Positions 1 to 44,998 of a stretch of 64,000 nucleotides of DNA are shown here, in pieces (the first letter of the stretch is position 1; every line of letters starts with the position of its first letter). The stretch spans positions 62,001 through 126,000 of the forward strand of contig NIVC01000911.1 of assembly GCA_002269645.1 (NCBI GenBank). Reading direction: 5' to 3'. The notes beneath the pieces were generated by a model. It ran no database searches. It was not told the origin of the DNA and was given only the letters and a program-made list of their open reading frames with translations. The DNA comes from Macrostomum lignano (lineage: Eukaryota). The position numbers were made by a program, and so were the translations under genes.

Positions 1-31390
<31,390 letters not shown>

Positions 31391-32111
31391 GGTTGGCGAT
31401 AGAAAAATATTAACCTGATAGTTTCTTGGACTGAAAGTTTCTTAGTATTTATTGCCTACAGCGAAGGCAAGATCAAACGGTCCGTTTTAGCAGCTCTGCT
31501 TTGCTCAATGATACTCGTAGAATTGCAACGCCTGCGATAGTTTATGACTATAGAAAAGGTCAGTTTTTTAACTAAGAGATAACGAAAAGCCCAGCTATGA
31601 ACACAGGGTCTAAATTACTTCAAAGAATTTCTAGATACTGAGTTAACATAGATAATGTGAGTTGAGAAGCTAAAATTATAAATGACTTGAACAATATAGA
31701 AATTTAATATAAAATACTCTTCAGGGTTTAGATTGTATTGAGGGCAAGGTCACTCGCTATAGATGACACCACCCTATGCACTAAATTAATCATTTTGACA
31801 TGCCGCTATTTAAAACCAGTTAAATGAATATTTGAATAACAAGCAAACAAACAGCATAAATCAGTTTCCATTTCAAAATACAACACAGTTGTATTAATTG
31901 CTTCAGATAAACAATCAATTAAAACAACTGCATTTATTAAAATGCTGTTTATTGTTTTAATGAATAAATGTACTTTAAATTGAACTAGTAGACTTAAATT
32001 AGCAAGTAATAGACACACCGGAATAAAACTTGAAACCACAGAACTAATTCTGTGCTTGAAACTGATAACACCGAATTATAATTAATTTTATGAGCGTCGA
32101 TAAAAGTGAGG

Positions 32112-32650
32112 TTGCAGGGACACTGGGTGAATGTACATTCAGAGGGGTAGAATGAGAGGCTGCAGGGACACTGGCTGAATGTACATTCAGAGGGGTAGAA
32201 TGAGAGGCTGCAGGGACACTGGCTGAATGTACATTCAGAGGGGTAGAATGAGAGGCTGCAGGGACACTGGCTGAATGTACATTCAGAGGGGTAGAATGAG
32301 AGGCTGCAGGGACACTGGCTGAATGTACATTCAGAGGGGTAGAATGAGAGGCTGCAGGGACACTGGCTGAATGTACATTCAGAGGGGTAGAATGAGAGGC
32401 TGCAGGGACACTGGCTGAATGTACATTTAGAGGGGTAGAATGAGAGGCTGCAGGGACACTGGGTGAATGTACATTCAGAGGGGTAGAATGAGAGGCTGCA
32501 GGGACACTGGCTGAATGTACATTTAGAGGGGTAGAATGAGAGGCTGCAGGGACACTGGCTGAATGTACATTTAGAGGGGTAGAATGAGAGGCTGCAGGGA
32601 CACTGGGTGAATGTACATTCAGAGGGGTAGAATGAGAGGCTGCAGGGACA
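32112..32650. repeat. 48-bp tandem repeat, ~11 copies, between NUDCD1 and the RhoGAP gene
   Basis: GCAGGGACACTGG recurs every 48 bp. Confidence 0.95.
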
Positions 32651-32768
32651 TGGGCGAATGCACATTGATGCGAACCAATAGATGACCGTAGGTTAAACAT
32701 TTGCACTTTTAGAGCCAAAATTAAACGAATGCAAACGAGACCAGTTAGAAGTGTTTCGCGTAGTTTTT

Positions 32769-35700
32769 TTAATCCGATCCGGGTCCAACCCGTATCAGAT
32801 AAATCGCTCGCTCCGTCAGTACTAAAATTCGAGAATCGCAACAACCAAAACCAATCAGTGCGTCCTGGGTAGCCAGAGACACAACCTGTTGAGTTGAGCG
32901 TTCGGCGATGACTCGACCGGACTGACGATTCCGCAGCACAGTGTCAGCAGGCCTGGGGCTGTGGTACACGTACACGTGACGGTAGCAGTCGCAGATGGCG
33001 GCGTAGCCAAAGCTGGGCGCGCAGGAGACAAATTTGGCGTCGGTTTTCGAAGCTCGAACGTAGCCAAAAGCGTGAAACGTGGTCACGTGCTGCCAGATCG
33101 AGGAGGCGTCGCCGCCGCTGAAGTCAGGACGCCACAGAAGGCCGTCAACATCGCGACGAAGGCACACGTAGGGCGGCTCCGACGGAGTCACTCGGGTGGC
33201 GAACAGCCACTGGGTTGAGTCTAGGGCTGGGCGAGTCGGATGGGATGAGAGCCATGAGATAGCAAAACTATTAGAAGGATTAAGACATAAGAGAGAGGAG
33301 CGAGGTGGGTGTGCAGAGGGGCGAAGGGAAATGAGGTGGGTGAGCAGAGGGGCAGAGAGGGGAGTGGGGTGGCTGTGCAGAGGGCAGAGAGGGGAGTGGG
33401 TTGGGTGTTCAGAGGGACAGAAGGGAGTGGGGTGGGTGTGCAGAGAGACAGAGAGGAGAGTGGGATGGGTGTGCAGAGGGGCAGAGAGGAGAGTGGGGTG
33501 GGTGTGCAGAGAGACAGAGAGGAGAGTGGGGTGGGTGTGCAGAGGGACAGAGAGGAGTGGGGTGGGTGTGAAGAGGGGCAGAGGGAGTGGGGCTGTGGCA
33601 AATCAATATTATAAAAACTAACCAGTAAGCGCCACAACTCGCTTAGCCTCGCCGTCGATCCAAACCAAGGCGCCAGTCTCTAAGCCGCCATCTCCGTCGC
33701 CGCCAGCTTCTGGGAGGTCGCAGTCCTCCAGCTCCTGGGCGTTGTACAGATCTCCGGAAGAGGCACCGGCCACAACGGCAGCGGCTGCCGCGGTGGCGGC
33801 GTCGGGTAGTTCGGCACCTCGAGCATCGTTGGTCACTAGACAGGGCCAAGGAGTTTCAGAGCTGCGCTTGCCAAGCAGGTGCAATTCGAGTAAACGGCAC
33901 TCAGAATGAGGCTCCACCTGTAGTTCAGAAAGGGCTAAGCGTCACTAGACTGCAAACTGAAAACTTGAAGCAAGAAAGTTCAAGGTTATTTAAATTGAAA
34001 CGAACCGTCCAAGTGCAGGCGTCCTTGTCCCAGACCTCGTACAGCGGCCCATCTAGCACTGGCCTACCGTGAATAGCCACTCTCAGCGCTACTCCGGTGT
34101 TTGTCACTTCGATGTCAGCTTTGCCTACACCAGTTGGCAGTGGGATGAACACGCTGATGCCATCCTCTTGGGATTGGCTCCAGGTGTAGGGCGACGGCGC
34201 CGATTCCGACGCCATCGAGACGGAGTTGCCGCCCACCTGACGGGTTGAGCGCCGCTTCTGTCTGTTGAGGGCGGAAATTGTTGAGGGATCTGTTTTGGTC
34301 GTGTTAATAACCCTCTATCCCTCTAGGGCCAGTCTGGGTGTGCTAATAGCCCTCTATCCCTCTAGGGCCAGTCTGGGATTTCTAATAACCCTTTATCCCT
34401 CTAGGGCCAGTCTGGGATTGCTAATAACCCTCCATCCCTCTAGGGCTAGTCTGGGATTGCTAATAACCCTCCATCCTTCTAGGGCCAGTCTGGGATTGCT
34501 AATAACCTTCCATCCCTCTAGGGCATGTCTGGGGTGTGCTAATAACCCTCTATCCCTCTAGGGCCAGTCTGGGATTGCTAATAACCCTCCATCCCTCTAG
34601 GGCCAGTCTGGGGTGTGCTAATAACCCTCTATCCCTCTAGGGCTAGTCTGGGATTGCTAATAACCCTCCATCCTTCTAGGGCCAGTCTGGGATTGCTAAT
34701 AACCCTCCATCCCTCTAGGGCCAGTCTGGGTGTGCTAATAACCCTCTATCTCTCTAGGGCCAGTCTGGGTGTGCTAATAACCCTCTATCCCTCTAAGGCT
34801 AGTCTGGGGTGTGCTAATAACCCTCTATCCCTCTAGGGCTAGTCTGGGTGTGCTAATAACCCTCTATCCCTTTAGGGCCAGTCTGGGTGTGCTAATAACC
34901 CTCTATCTCTCTAGGGCCAGTTTGGAGTGTGGTCCCCACTAAGTGCCTTGAAACTCACTCATCATCGTCAGCTTTTGCAGTTTCCTCAGTTTCACCGTTT
35001 CCACTAGAAGGAGCAGTGGTTTTGGAGGTGTTTTTATCATCTTTATCGACAAACTCAAAGGGTCGATCGCACTCCAGCAGCAAGTGGCGACATTCCGCAT
35101 CAAAACAGGCGTAGTTTGGCACGCAGCTGCTCTCCAGAGTCAAGCGACGAATCTGTTGATAGTTGCCATGGCTACTAGGAGATCCCAACGATTGATAAGT
35201 GAACCAATCGAGTACGCAACGGAAGCCGTCACTACTTTTGTCATCATTTGTACTCTTATTAGCATCAGCTGATGATTCGCAAACTCGCATTAGCAAACAG
35301 TGCAGCTGATTGGTGGCTGAATAGCGCCTAGCGTACACCAGAAGGCTTGGCTCGGTTTCGAATGTGGCGCAGGCCTCCCAGTCTTTGTTGTCAATGTTGG
35401 ACTCTGAATCAAAATGAATGGATGAACTCGGATTGGCTTGCATGCGCTGGGAGCGTGTTTGGTTTCTTTAGCTAAATTTAAGCTGCTAGAACCTCCCTGC
35501 TTTTCTTACCCAATCTTCCTTTCCCTCCCACCCCTAATCTCACTCTCCCTCTCACCCCCAATCTCACTCTCCCTCTCACCCCCAATCTCACTCTCCCTCT
35601 CACCTTCAATCTCACTCTTCCTCTCACCCCCAATATCACTCTACCTCTCACCCCCCAATCTCACTCTCCCTCTCTACCATAATCTCACTCTTCCTCTAAC

Positions 35701-37000
35701 CCCCAATCTCACTCTCCCTCTCACCCCCAATCTCACTTTCCCTCTCACCCCTAATCTCACTCTCCCTCTCACCCCCAATCTCACTCTCTCTCTTACCCCC
35801 AATCTCACTCTCCCTCTCACCCCCAATCTGACTCTCCCTCTCACCCTAATCTCACTCTCCCTCTCACTCTTCTATTTCGTGACTTTCCCTCTTACCCTCC
35901 CATCTCACCCTCCCTCTCACTCTAGCATCTCACTCTCTCTCTCTCTCTCTCACTCTCCCATCTCACGCTAGCATCTAACTCTCCCTCTCACTCTAGCATC
36001 TCTCTCTACCATCTTACCTTAGCATATCTCTCTCTCTCTCACTCTAACATCTCACTCTACCATTTTACCCTAGCATCTCACTCTCTCTCTCTCCCTCACT
36101 CTAGCATCACACTTTCTCATCTCACTCTCCCATCTCACTCTCCCTCTCACTCTAGCATCTCACTCTCTCTCTCACTCTAGCATCTCTCTCTACCATGTTA
36201 CCCTAGCATATCTCTCTCTCTCTTACTCTAGCATCTCACTCTACCATCTCACCTTAGCATCTCACTCTCCCTCTCACTCTAGCATCTCACTCTCCCTCTC
36301 ACTCTAGCATCTCACTCTCCCTCTCACTCTAGCATCTCACTCTCTCTCTCACTCTAGCATCTCACTCTCCCTATTACTCTAGCATTCCAATCTCCCTCTC
36401 ACCCTAGCATCTTAATCTCCCATCTCCCTGTCCCTCTCACCCTCATATCTCACTATTCCCCTCACCCTAGCATCTCACTCTTCCCTCCAGCTTGTCACAA
36501 CACTATCATTTAGCTTTCTTACCATCAGGCCCGCAGCTGCCCCGCTCCCCGGTGTCCACCAGGAACAGCCGGCCGCAGCCATCGGCAACGCAAGCGGCGG
36601 TCTCGTCAACAAAGGCCATGGAAGGCTGACACCGGCCTGACAACAGTCGCCGATCTGCCGCATTAGGCAAGGTGAGTAGCGGTCTCGGCGGGTCCGGACA
36701 CGAATCTGTAACAGTCCGAATTCGCATTAGATTCCATTCCGAATCTAAATAGTAGGCACAGTCTAGATCCCACGGATCCAGGTACAGGTGATTCTGCACT
36801 CCGTAAGCTTTCAGGTGGTCGAAGCTGTACTGCCGCTCGGTGAGCTGCGGGTTGTCCACTGGCCGGGGCAGCTTCAGCTCCACGATGCCCGGCTGCTCCA
36901 GCGCCAGTTTGTAGCCTTCGAATTTGGAGTCCAGCAGGTCGCGATTCACCCGCAGTTCGGGGTAGCTGCAGGCTGACTGCTGGGCGTCTGCGGCCTGCAT
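32769..37000 (-). CDS. NUDCD1: NudC domain-containing protein 1 (CML66), 5 exons, 643 aa from ATG 37000
   Basis: join(36523-37000, 34959-35403, 34006-34261, 33623-33917, 32769-33226), all GT-AG and in phase. Motifs LRVNRDLLDSKFEGYKLALE, DGCGRLFLVDTGERG, CS/p23 domain PYTWSQSQEDGISV, CLRRDVDGLLWRP, HVTTFHAFGYVRASK. An alternative in-frame ATG lies at 37057. Confidence 0.93.
33240..33600. repeat. G-rich intronic minisatellite (NUDCD1 intron 4)
   Basis: Direct inspection. Confidence 0.8.
34290..34925. repeat. ~39-bp minisatellite (NUDCD1 intron 2)
   Basis: GCTAATAACCCTCTATCCCTCTAGGGCCAGTCTGGG units. Confidence 0.9.
35510..36480. repeat. CT-rich minisatellites (NUDCD1 intron 1)
   Basis: CCCCAATCTCACTCTCCCTCTCA then CTCACTCTAGCAT units. 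Confidence 0.85.
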
Positions 37001-37049
37001 GGCTGATGGTGCGGCTGCCTCCTGCAATGCCGCTTTTGTCCATGAATCT

Positions 37050-37255
37050 GTCTGCATCTGCTTGCCTGTCTGTCTGTGTGTCTGCTTGCCTGCCCGTCTG
37101 TCCGCCTCTCTGTCTGCCTGCCTGCCTGTCTGTCTGCCTGCCTGTCTGTCTGTCTGTCTGTCTGCCTGTCTTTCTGCCTGTCTGCCTGCCCATCTGTCTG
37201 TCTGTCTGTCTGTCTGGCTGTGTGTCTTGTCTGCCGGTCTGACTGTCTGTCTTTG

Positions 37256-37332
<77 letters not shown>

Positions 37333-37545
37333 TTCTGCCTGCCCGTCTGTTTCTGTCTGTCTGTCTGTCTGCCTGTGTGTCTTGGCTGCCGGTCTGACTG
37401 TCTGTCTTTGTCTGTCTGTCTGCCTGTCTGTTTGTCTGTCAATTAATCAATCAATCGATCTACCTGTCTAATCTATCTATCTATTTATCTATCTATCTAC
37501 CTATTTAATCTATCTATCTATGTATCTATGTATCTATCTTTCTAT
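37050..37545. repeat. (TGTC)n then (ATCA)/(ATCT)n microsatellites directly upstream of NUDCD1
   Basis: Direct inspection. Confidence 0.9.
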
Positions 37546-39084
37546 CTATCTAGTAATCAAAAGAACACAGAAGCAGCTGACACCAATCACGGCAGTGCTA
37601 AAATAAACGCACACAGATATACGTCAATATTATTTACTTGCACAAGATAACGCGCAACTAACGCTTATAGCTTATCAGCAAATTAAAAAAAATTGTTTTA
37701 TAATAAGAATAGAAGATAAATTGCAAGCAATAAAAAAGCCAAGTAACTTACCAGAAACTAGGGACAAATAATCAATATGAAAAATATTCATTTACACAAA
37801 TTCTGAAGCAGCAACACTAGAGGATTAGCTGTTAGTAGTATAATAGTGAAAAAAGTTATAATATATTTATTTTTAGAAATTAGCATTTTGTAGCAAAAAT
37901 AGATTTATACATTTGAACTGACAAACTTTTTTACAAACGCGCGCTCTCCGATTACAGAGATGTCTTGATCTGTAACTAATGAAAGCGATTTTGAAGCAAC
38001 ATAACAATAATCATAATAACAATATTTTGCTTTAAAAATCTCACAAATGTACACAATTGTTATAAAATAAGCCGAGAAAATTGGTACAATAATTAAACTG
38101 AAAACAAATCTAGTTAATTTTTTTCCAGGATTATTAGGTAAAACATTAATTAGGAAGTTTGTAGTTGACAATAATTTGATAGATAAGCAAAAACCCTGGT
38201 AGCAATATATCACCTTAATAGTGTAATAAAATTATGCATATTAGTATTAACAATATAACGAATTATATATTACAATATACATTTAGGAAGCAAGTTACAG
38301 CAATTGAAAAAAATACAGAGATATGTACATACAGGCTTATAAAGAGTTTATATATATATATATGTAGGTACATAGATTTTGTCACGAATTTATTATCCAG
38401 AATTTATAAATATTTTCTTTAATTGAAAAAAGGTACGCGAAACCATAATGAATGCAAGCAGCTGAGCACTTCAATTCAACGCCATAATGTCTATGCTTGT
38501 ACTAGAAACTGAACACTCAATCTATACTACTTATAAACTGTTGCTGTCAGTAACAATAAAAGCACATATGACGTATAAAGTACAAAATGTTTCTCAAAAA
38601 TATTTTCATTAGTTTTCACCGTTTAAAACTCAGGACAATTATTTTTTTGCTAATTTATACACGAAAGACAGAGAAAGCCTATCAAAGATTGATCAAAAAT
38701 AGCCAATGATTTTCGGGGTGTTCTGGCAAATAACAATAAAACACTGAATTATTTTGTTCTCCAAGTAGTTAAAATTGCACTCCATCATTTTGTATGAGAG
38801 ATTATTTAATAATACAAAAAGTTTATGAACTTTAGAGGCTGGAAACAACAGTTATTTACAAAGTTAAATTGTTGCCAAAATGACTACTGAAAAGACTACT
38901 CAATACTTGAGAATCACTAGGAATGAAAGGGTGTTAGCGACTCGTGTTTCAACTTCTTAACTTTCGAGTTTCGCTACATGAAACATCTGCATATTGTGCT
39001 TAATTTATATATTAGTCTGACTGATTATTTATCTAGAATTTTATCCCACAGTCCATTCCTTCAATCTCCCAGTCTAAACTTCTA

Positions 39085-40452
39085 CTCTACCTCTCACTCT
39101 CCCACTCTACACCTCATTCTCCCAGTCTACCTCTCACTCTTCCAGTCTACACATCACTCTCCCAGTCTACCCCTCATTATCCCAGTATACCCCTTACTAT
39201 CTCAGTCGACCCATCACTCTCCCAGTCGACCCATCACTCTCCCAGTCTACCCATCACTCTCCCAGTCTACCCATCACTCTCCCAGTCTACCCATCACTCT
39301 CCCAGTCTACCCATCACTCTCCCAGTCTACCCTCACTCTCCCAGTCTACCCATCACTCTCCCAGTCTACCCATCACTCTCCCAGTCTACCCTCACTCTCC
39401 CAGTCTACCCATCACTCTCCTAGTCTACCCTCACTCTCCAAGTCTACCCCTCACTCTCTCAGTTTACCCCTCACTCTCCTAGTCTACTCCTCACTCTCCT
39501 AGTCTACCCCTGACTCTCCAAGTTTACCCCTCACTCTCCCAGTCTACCCTCACTCTCCAAGTTTACCCCTCACTCTCCCAGTCTACCCTCACTCTCCAAG
39601 TCTACCCCTCACTCTCCCAGGCTACCTTTTACTCTCCCAGTCTAGCCCTTACTTTCGAAGAAGGAGTTAAAACATTATCACAGTTTTTGGGTGTACATAA
39701 CTATCACTACGTAATCCTGACACGGAACTGTAACCTTATGTACATCTAGAATTGTGCGCAATGTTATGATTTCAGCCAATATATTACCGGTAAATATTTA
39801 AGCAACTGTAGACATCGGAGGTACTTCAGTACATGTAAGGTTTAGCAAATAAACAACATATTTATATATGTTCCTACATATATATATATATATAGGAACA
39901 AAAACTACTAATATATGGTCCTTGCGAATAACACAATTAATTAAACTTGAAAAGAAAATCTTTTTAACCGGGGATTTGCAGGTTCTTAAGCTTAATACTT
40001 TGTGCCAGTTCAAAGTCTCTTAACATGAAGAGATTGATGCCACAAAGGCAGTATTCTATAGTAAGCTATTATACTAGTGGCAGACAGGGGGTAGACTGGG
40101 AGAGTGAGGGGTAGACTGGAAGTGTGAGAGGTAGACTGGAAGTGTGAGGGGTAGACTGGGAGAGTGAGACGTGGAGTGGGAGAGTGAGGGGTAGAGTGGG
40201 AGAGTGAGGGGTAGACTGGGAGAGTGAGGGGTAGACTGGGAGAGTGAGGGGTAGACTGGGAGAGTGAGGGGTAGACTGGGAGAGTGAGGGGTAGACTGGG
40301 AGAGTGAGGGGTAGACTGGGAGAGTGAGGGGTAGACTGGGAGAAGGGTAGACTGAGAGAGTGAGGGGTAGACTGGGAGAGTGAGGGGTAGACTGAGAGTT
40401 TAAAGGGTAGACTGGAAGTGTGAGGGGTAGACCGGGAGAGTGAGGGGTAGAT
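39085..40452. repeat. Inverted pair of 20-bp minisatellite arrays (foldback)
   Basis: 39085-39655 CTCACTCTCCCAGTCTACCC units; 40083-40452 GGGTAGACTGGGAGAGTGAG units, the exact reverse complement. Confidence 0.92.
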
Positions 40453-40761
40453 CGTTAGATACAAATGTGGAGTAGTAGATGAAGCAGGTAATGGTAGAAA
40501 AAAAAGGTTAAATTGGTAGATAAAACGGTAGGTACAAGGGTAGATTGGTAGCTGAATTGGTAGATAAAACGGTAGATACAGGGGTAGAGTGGTACGAGCT
40601 AGCTCTAGAATAATAGAAAGCAGGCACTTCCGTTACTCAATTCACACTGGGACAATATCTCCTACCTAGTACTAATGAAACACACACATGCAGATAAAAT
40701 GTAAACTACTCTGCAATAAAAAAGCAGACAAAAATAAAACAGAATCCTCAAGCAAGCAGAG

Positions 40762-42601
40762 TTACAGCAGGCTGCAGCAGCACCGGCAGTAGCGCCGCCG
40801 CCTCGGCTCCGGCTGGCCCGGCGGGGTCACCGGCGCAAAGTACGCGTGCACTTTTAAATTAGGCAGATGGCCGACTAAACGGCGAATGCCGGATCGTGTG
40901 ATCTGCTGGCAGTCGTACAGGTCGATCTGCTGCAGGGCGTGACAGGCGACCAGGTGCTCCAGTGCGGTGTCCGTGATATGGGGGCAATTATCCAGCTCGA
41001 GCACCTGGGGAATGGCATGATTAATGAATCTCAATATCATCTGAAATCTCAAGATTCTCCCATATCAATACCACCAAAAATCCCAATATCCATCTCAATA
41101 TCCTCAAAAATCCCACAATTTCCCCATCTCAATATCATTTAAGATCCCAAGATTCCCCAATCTCAATATCATCTAAAATCCCAAGATTCTCCCATCTCAA
41201 TATCATCTAAAATCCCAAGATTCTCCCATCTCAATATCATCTAAAATCCCAAGATTCTCCCATCTCATCTTATAATCTAAAATCCCAAGATTCTCCCATC
41301 TCAATATCATCCAAAATCCCAAGATTCTCCCATCTCATCTTATAATCTAAAATCCCAAGATTCTCCCATCTCAATATCATCCAAAATCCCAAGATTCTCC
41401 TATCTCATCTTATAATCTAAAATCCCAAGATTCTCCTATCTCAATATCATCCAAAATCCCAAGATTCTCCTATCTCAATATCATCCAACATCCCAAGATC
41501 CTCACATCTCCATATCATTTCAAATTACAATATCCAATTCAATACAATCTAAAATCTCAATATCCGTCTTAATATCATAAAATTCTCCCACCTCAATATC
41601 ATCCAAGATCCCAAGAATCTTTAATATTAATATCATCCGACATCCCACCCAAGATTATCCCATCGCAATATGATACAAAAATCCCACAATTATCTATCTT
41701 ACTATCATAAAAATACCACACGATTCTCCCATCCCAATATAATAAAAAATCCCGTAATCCCACATACAAATACTATGGAGAATCTCTCCAGAAGCCCCCA
41801 ACCCTCACCTGCAGACTCTCGGGAGCGCACAGGCCGCCAGCCAGCTGTCGAATGCCATCGTCCGTTAGCAACTCGCAATAGGACAGCGTGAGTATGCGCA
41901 GGTGAGAGCAGTGGGCCGCCAATGCAGCCAAAGTGATGTCGGTCACCTGGACGCAGTCTTCAAGGTCGAGCCGTTCTAGCTGGGGACAGCCGCGAGCCAG
42001 CGCCTTATTTGGGTGACAAAGGTGTGGATTCATCAGTGCGGGCATCTAGCCAGCGGTTTAGTTTTAGTAACTATAAATCTATATGAATGGAAATACTTAC
42101 GGATATTTTTCTAAAGTGGCGTGTTCTTTGTGACAATTTTTATAATCTACTTTCTCCACCTATCTGCGTACTAGTACTTTAACGTCGTGTTGTGTCCCAT
42201 TGTCTCTCTGCCTGTCCTAGTCTGTTATAGTGTCTCTATCTGTCTGTCTGTCTGTCTGTCTGTCCTAGTCTGTTATAGTGTCTCTATCTGTCTGTCTGTC
42301 TGTCTGTCTGTCCTAGTCTGTTATAGTGTCTCTATCTGTCTGTCTGTCTCTCTGCCTGTCCTAGTCTGTTATAGTGTCTCTATCTGTCTGTCTGTCTGTC
42401 TGTCTGTCCTAGTCTGTTATAGTGTCTCTATCTGTCTGTCTGTCTCTCTGCCTGTCCTAGTCTGTTATAGTGTCTCTATCTGTCTGTCTGTCTGTCTGTC
42501 TGTCCTAGTCTGTTATAGTGTCTCTATCTGTCTGTCTGTCTGTCTGTCTGTCCTAGTCTGTTATAGTGTCTCTATCTGTCTGTCTGTCTGCCTGTCTGTC
42601 A

Positions 42602-42637
<36 letters not shown>

Positions 42638-42640
42638 GCC

Positions 42641-42673
<33 letters not shown>

Positions 42674-44805
42674 GACTGTCTGTCTGTCTGTCTGTCTGCC
42701 TGTCGGCCTGTCTGTCCGCCTGCCTGTCTGTCTGCCCCAAGTTGCAGTCAACCAGCCTGTGCACCCCAGTCGCACACCTGGAAGCCGGAATCGCTGAGCA
42801 GCCGGCAGCCGGCAACCTCCAGATTCCTAAGCTGGCCGCAGCCGGCAGCCAATCCGATCATGCCCGTGTCGGTCACGTGACCACAGTGGGACAGGCAGAG
42901 AGTGCGCAGCTCCGGACAATTGGCCCCCAAAGCTTGCATCGCCTCGTCGCGTATATTGTGACCGCACTCGTACAGCGATAGGACTCGGAGGCCGGTGCAG
43001 TGGCGGCTGAGCTCGGCAACGCCATGGCTGGTGATGTCGCGGCAGCCGCGCAGCTGCAGGGCGGCGAGATGGCGGCAGGACTGCGCCAAGCGGGTCAGGC
43101 CTTCGTCGCTGATGTTGCACCAGGACATGTCAAGTTCCACTAGGCGCTCGCACCTGGGTTGGGGGGGGGATTTTATGGTTAGACACCTGTGCCGATTCGA
43201 AATCCTAAAGTCGCGACTGTAAATCCCAAAGTCCCGACTCTAAATCCCAAAGTCCCGACTCTAAATCCCAAAGTCCCGACTCTAAATGATAAAGTCCCTA
43301 TTCTAAATCTTAAAATCCCGAAGTCCCGACTCTAAATCCCAAAGGCCCGACTTTAAATCCCAAAGTCCCGATTCTAAGTCCCAAAGCCCGATACTAAATC
43401 CAAAGTCCCTATTCTAAATCTTAAAATCCCGAAGTCCCGACTCTAAATCCTAAAGTCCCGACTCTAAATCCCAAAGTCCCGACTCTAAATCCCAAAGGCC
43501 CGACTCTAAATCCCAAAGTCTCGATTCTAAGTCCCAAAGCCCGATACTAAATCTAAAGTCCCGATTCTAAATCCTGAAGTCCCGATTTTAAATCCTGAAA
43601 TCCCGATTCTAAATCTCAAAGTCCCAATTATAAATAATAAAGTCCCGACTCTAAGTCCCAAAGCCCGATACTAAATCCAAAGTTCCGACTCTAAATCCCA
43701 AAGGCTCGACTCTTAATCCCAAATTCACGATTCTAAATCCCAAAGTCCCGACTCTAAGTCCCAAAGCCCGATACAAAATCCAAAGTCCCGATTCTAAATC
43801 CTGAAGTCCCGATTCTAAATCCTGAAATCCCGATTCTAAATCTCAAAGTCCCAATTATAAATAACAAATTCCCGACTCTAAAGTCCCGAGTCTAAATCCC
43901 AAAGTCCCGATTCTAAATCCCGAAGTCCCGATTCTAAATCCTGAAATCCCGATTCTAAATCTCAAAGTCCCAATTATAAATAACAAATTGCCGACTCTAA
44001 AGTCCCGAGTCTAAATCCCAAAGTCCCGATTCTAAATCCCGAAGTCCCGATTCTAAATCCTGAAATCCCGATTCTAACTCTCAAAGTCCCAATTATAAAT
44101 AACAAATTCCTGACTCTGAAGTCCCGAGTCTAAATCCCAAAGTCCCGAGTCTAAATTCCAAAGTCCCGATTCTAAATCCCAAAGTCCTAACTTAAATAGT
44201 AACTCAAAGTCCCGATTCTAAATATCAAAGAACTTAACTTACTTAGCCAAATATCGAACGCCATCGTCCGAGATATTAGAGATGGAATTGACCTTCAGAC
44301 TGAGCAGATTCTGGCAGCTCCTGATGTGCTTGCAGGCCTCGTTAGTCAGCTTGCGACAGTCTGACAGATTCAACCTTTCCAAATTAACGCAATGATAGCT
44401 GAAGGCTCGCATAGCAGAATCATTTAAATTTTGACAGCCGCGCAGATTTAAACTGCGCAAGAAACCGCCGCAACGTTTCGCCAGCGTTTCAACCATTGCG
44501 CCAGTGATGTCTTTGCCGTATTCGAATAAGCTCACATTCTGCCAGATGCTGCCGTCGAAGGCCAGCTGATGCCAGAACTTGCACACCTGAGAGCAGCGGC
44601 ATAGAGTGACCAAGTCCAGGTGGCTGAACACTCGCAAGATGATCTCTTTGGGCAGGCGCTCGTTGATGTTTGGCGGATCAACTGACAGGAGGGACACGGA
44701 GCCAAACTTGCTGCCAGGGCCGCTTCCGCCGCCACCATTTCCGCTTGGCCCGGCGCCATTTCCACTGTTGCCATTTGAGTATGGCGGCACTTGGTAGCCG
44801 TTCAT
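40762..44805 (-). CDS. FBXL20: F-box/LRR-repeat protein of the FBXL2/FBXL20 group, 4 exons, C-terminal CaaX (CSLL)
   Basis: join(44243-44805, 42778-43153, 41809-42003, 40762-41004), in phase. F-box INERLPKEIILRVFSHLDLVTLCRCSQVCKFWHQLAFDGSIWQ; LRRs; end HAYFAPVTPP...RRRRYCRCCCSLL. FBXL2 and FBXL20 cannot be told apart by eye. Confidence 0.9.
41030..41650. repeat. Minisatellite AAATCCCAAGATTCTCCCATCTCAATATCATCT (FBXL intron 3)
   Basis: Direct inspection. Confidence 0.85.
42195..42720. repeat. ~44-bp composite repeat plus (TGTC)n (FBXL intron 2)
   Basis: TCCTAGTCTGTTATAGTGTCTCTATC(TGTC)n units. Confidence 0.9.
43200..44225. repeat. ~21-bp minisatellite AAATCCCAAAGTCCCGACTCT (FBXL intron 1)
   Basis: Direct inspection. 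Confidence 0.9.
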
Positions 44806-44998
44806 GACGGGAAGAATTTAAGCTGGCTGTAAGGCACAACAGAATTGATCAATATTTGAATGCAAATTCCAATTGAATTTTAAAGACAAATGCAGATTTC
44901 AATAGCTTTAGAAAATCGGTATGTGACAGAGTTTTGGTTCTTCTAAAGTGATTGATGTCGGCATGGTGACGCTCTAATCACAGTATACCCTTTCAGCA

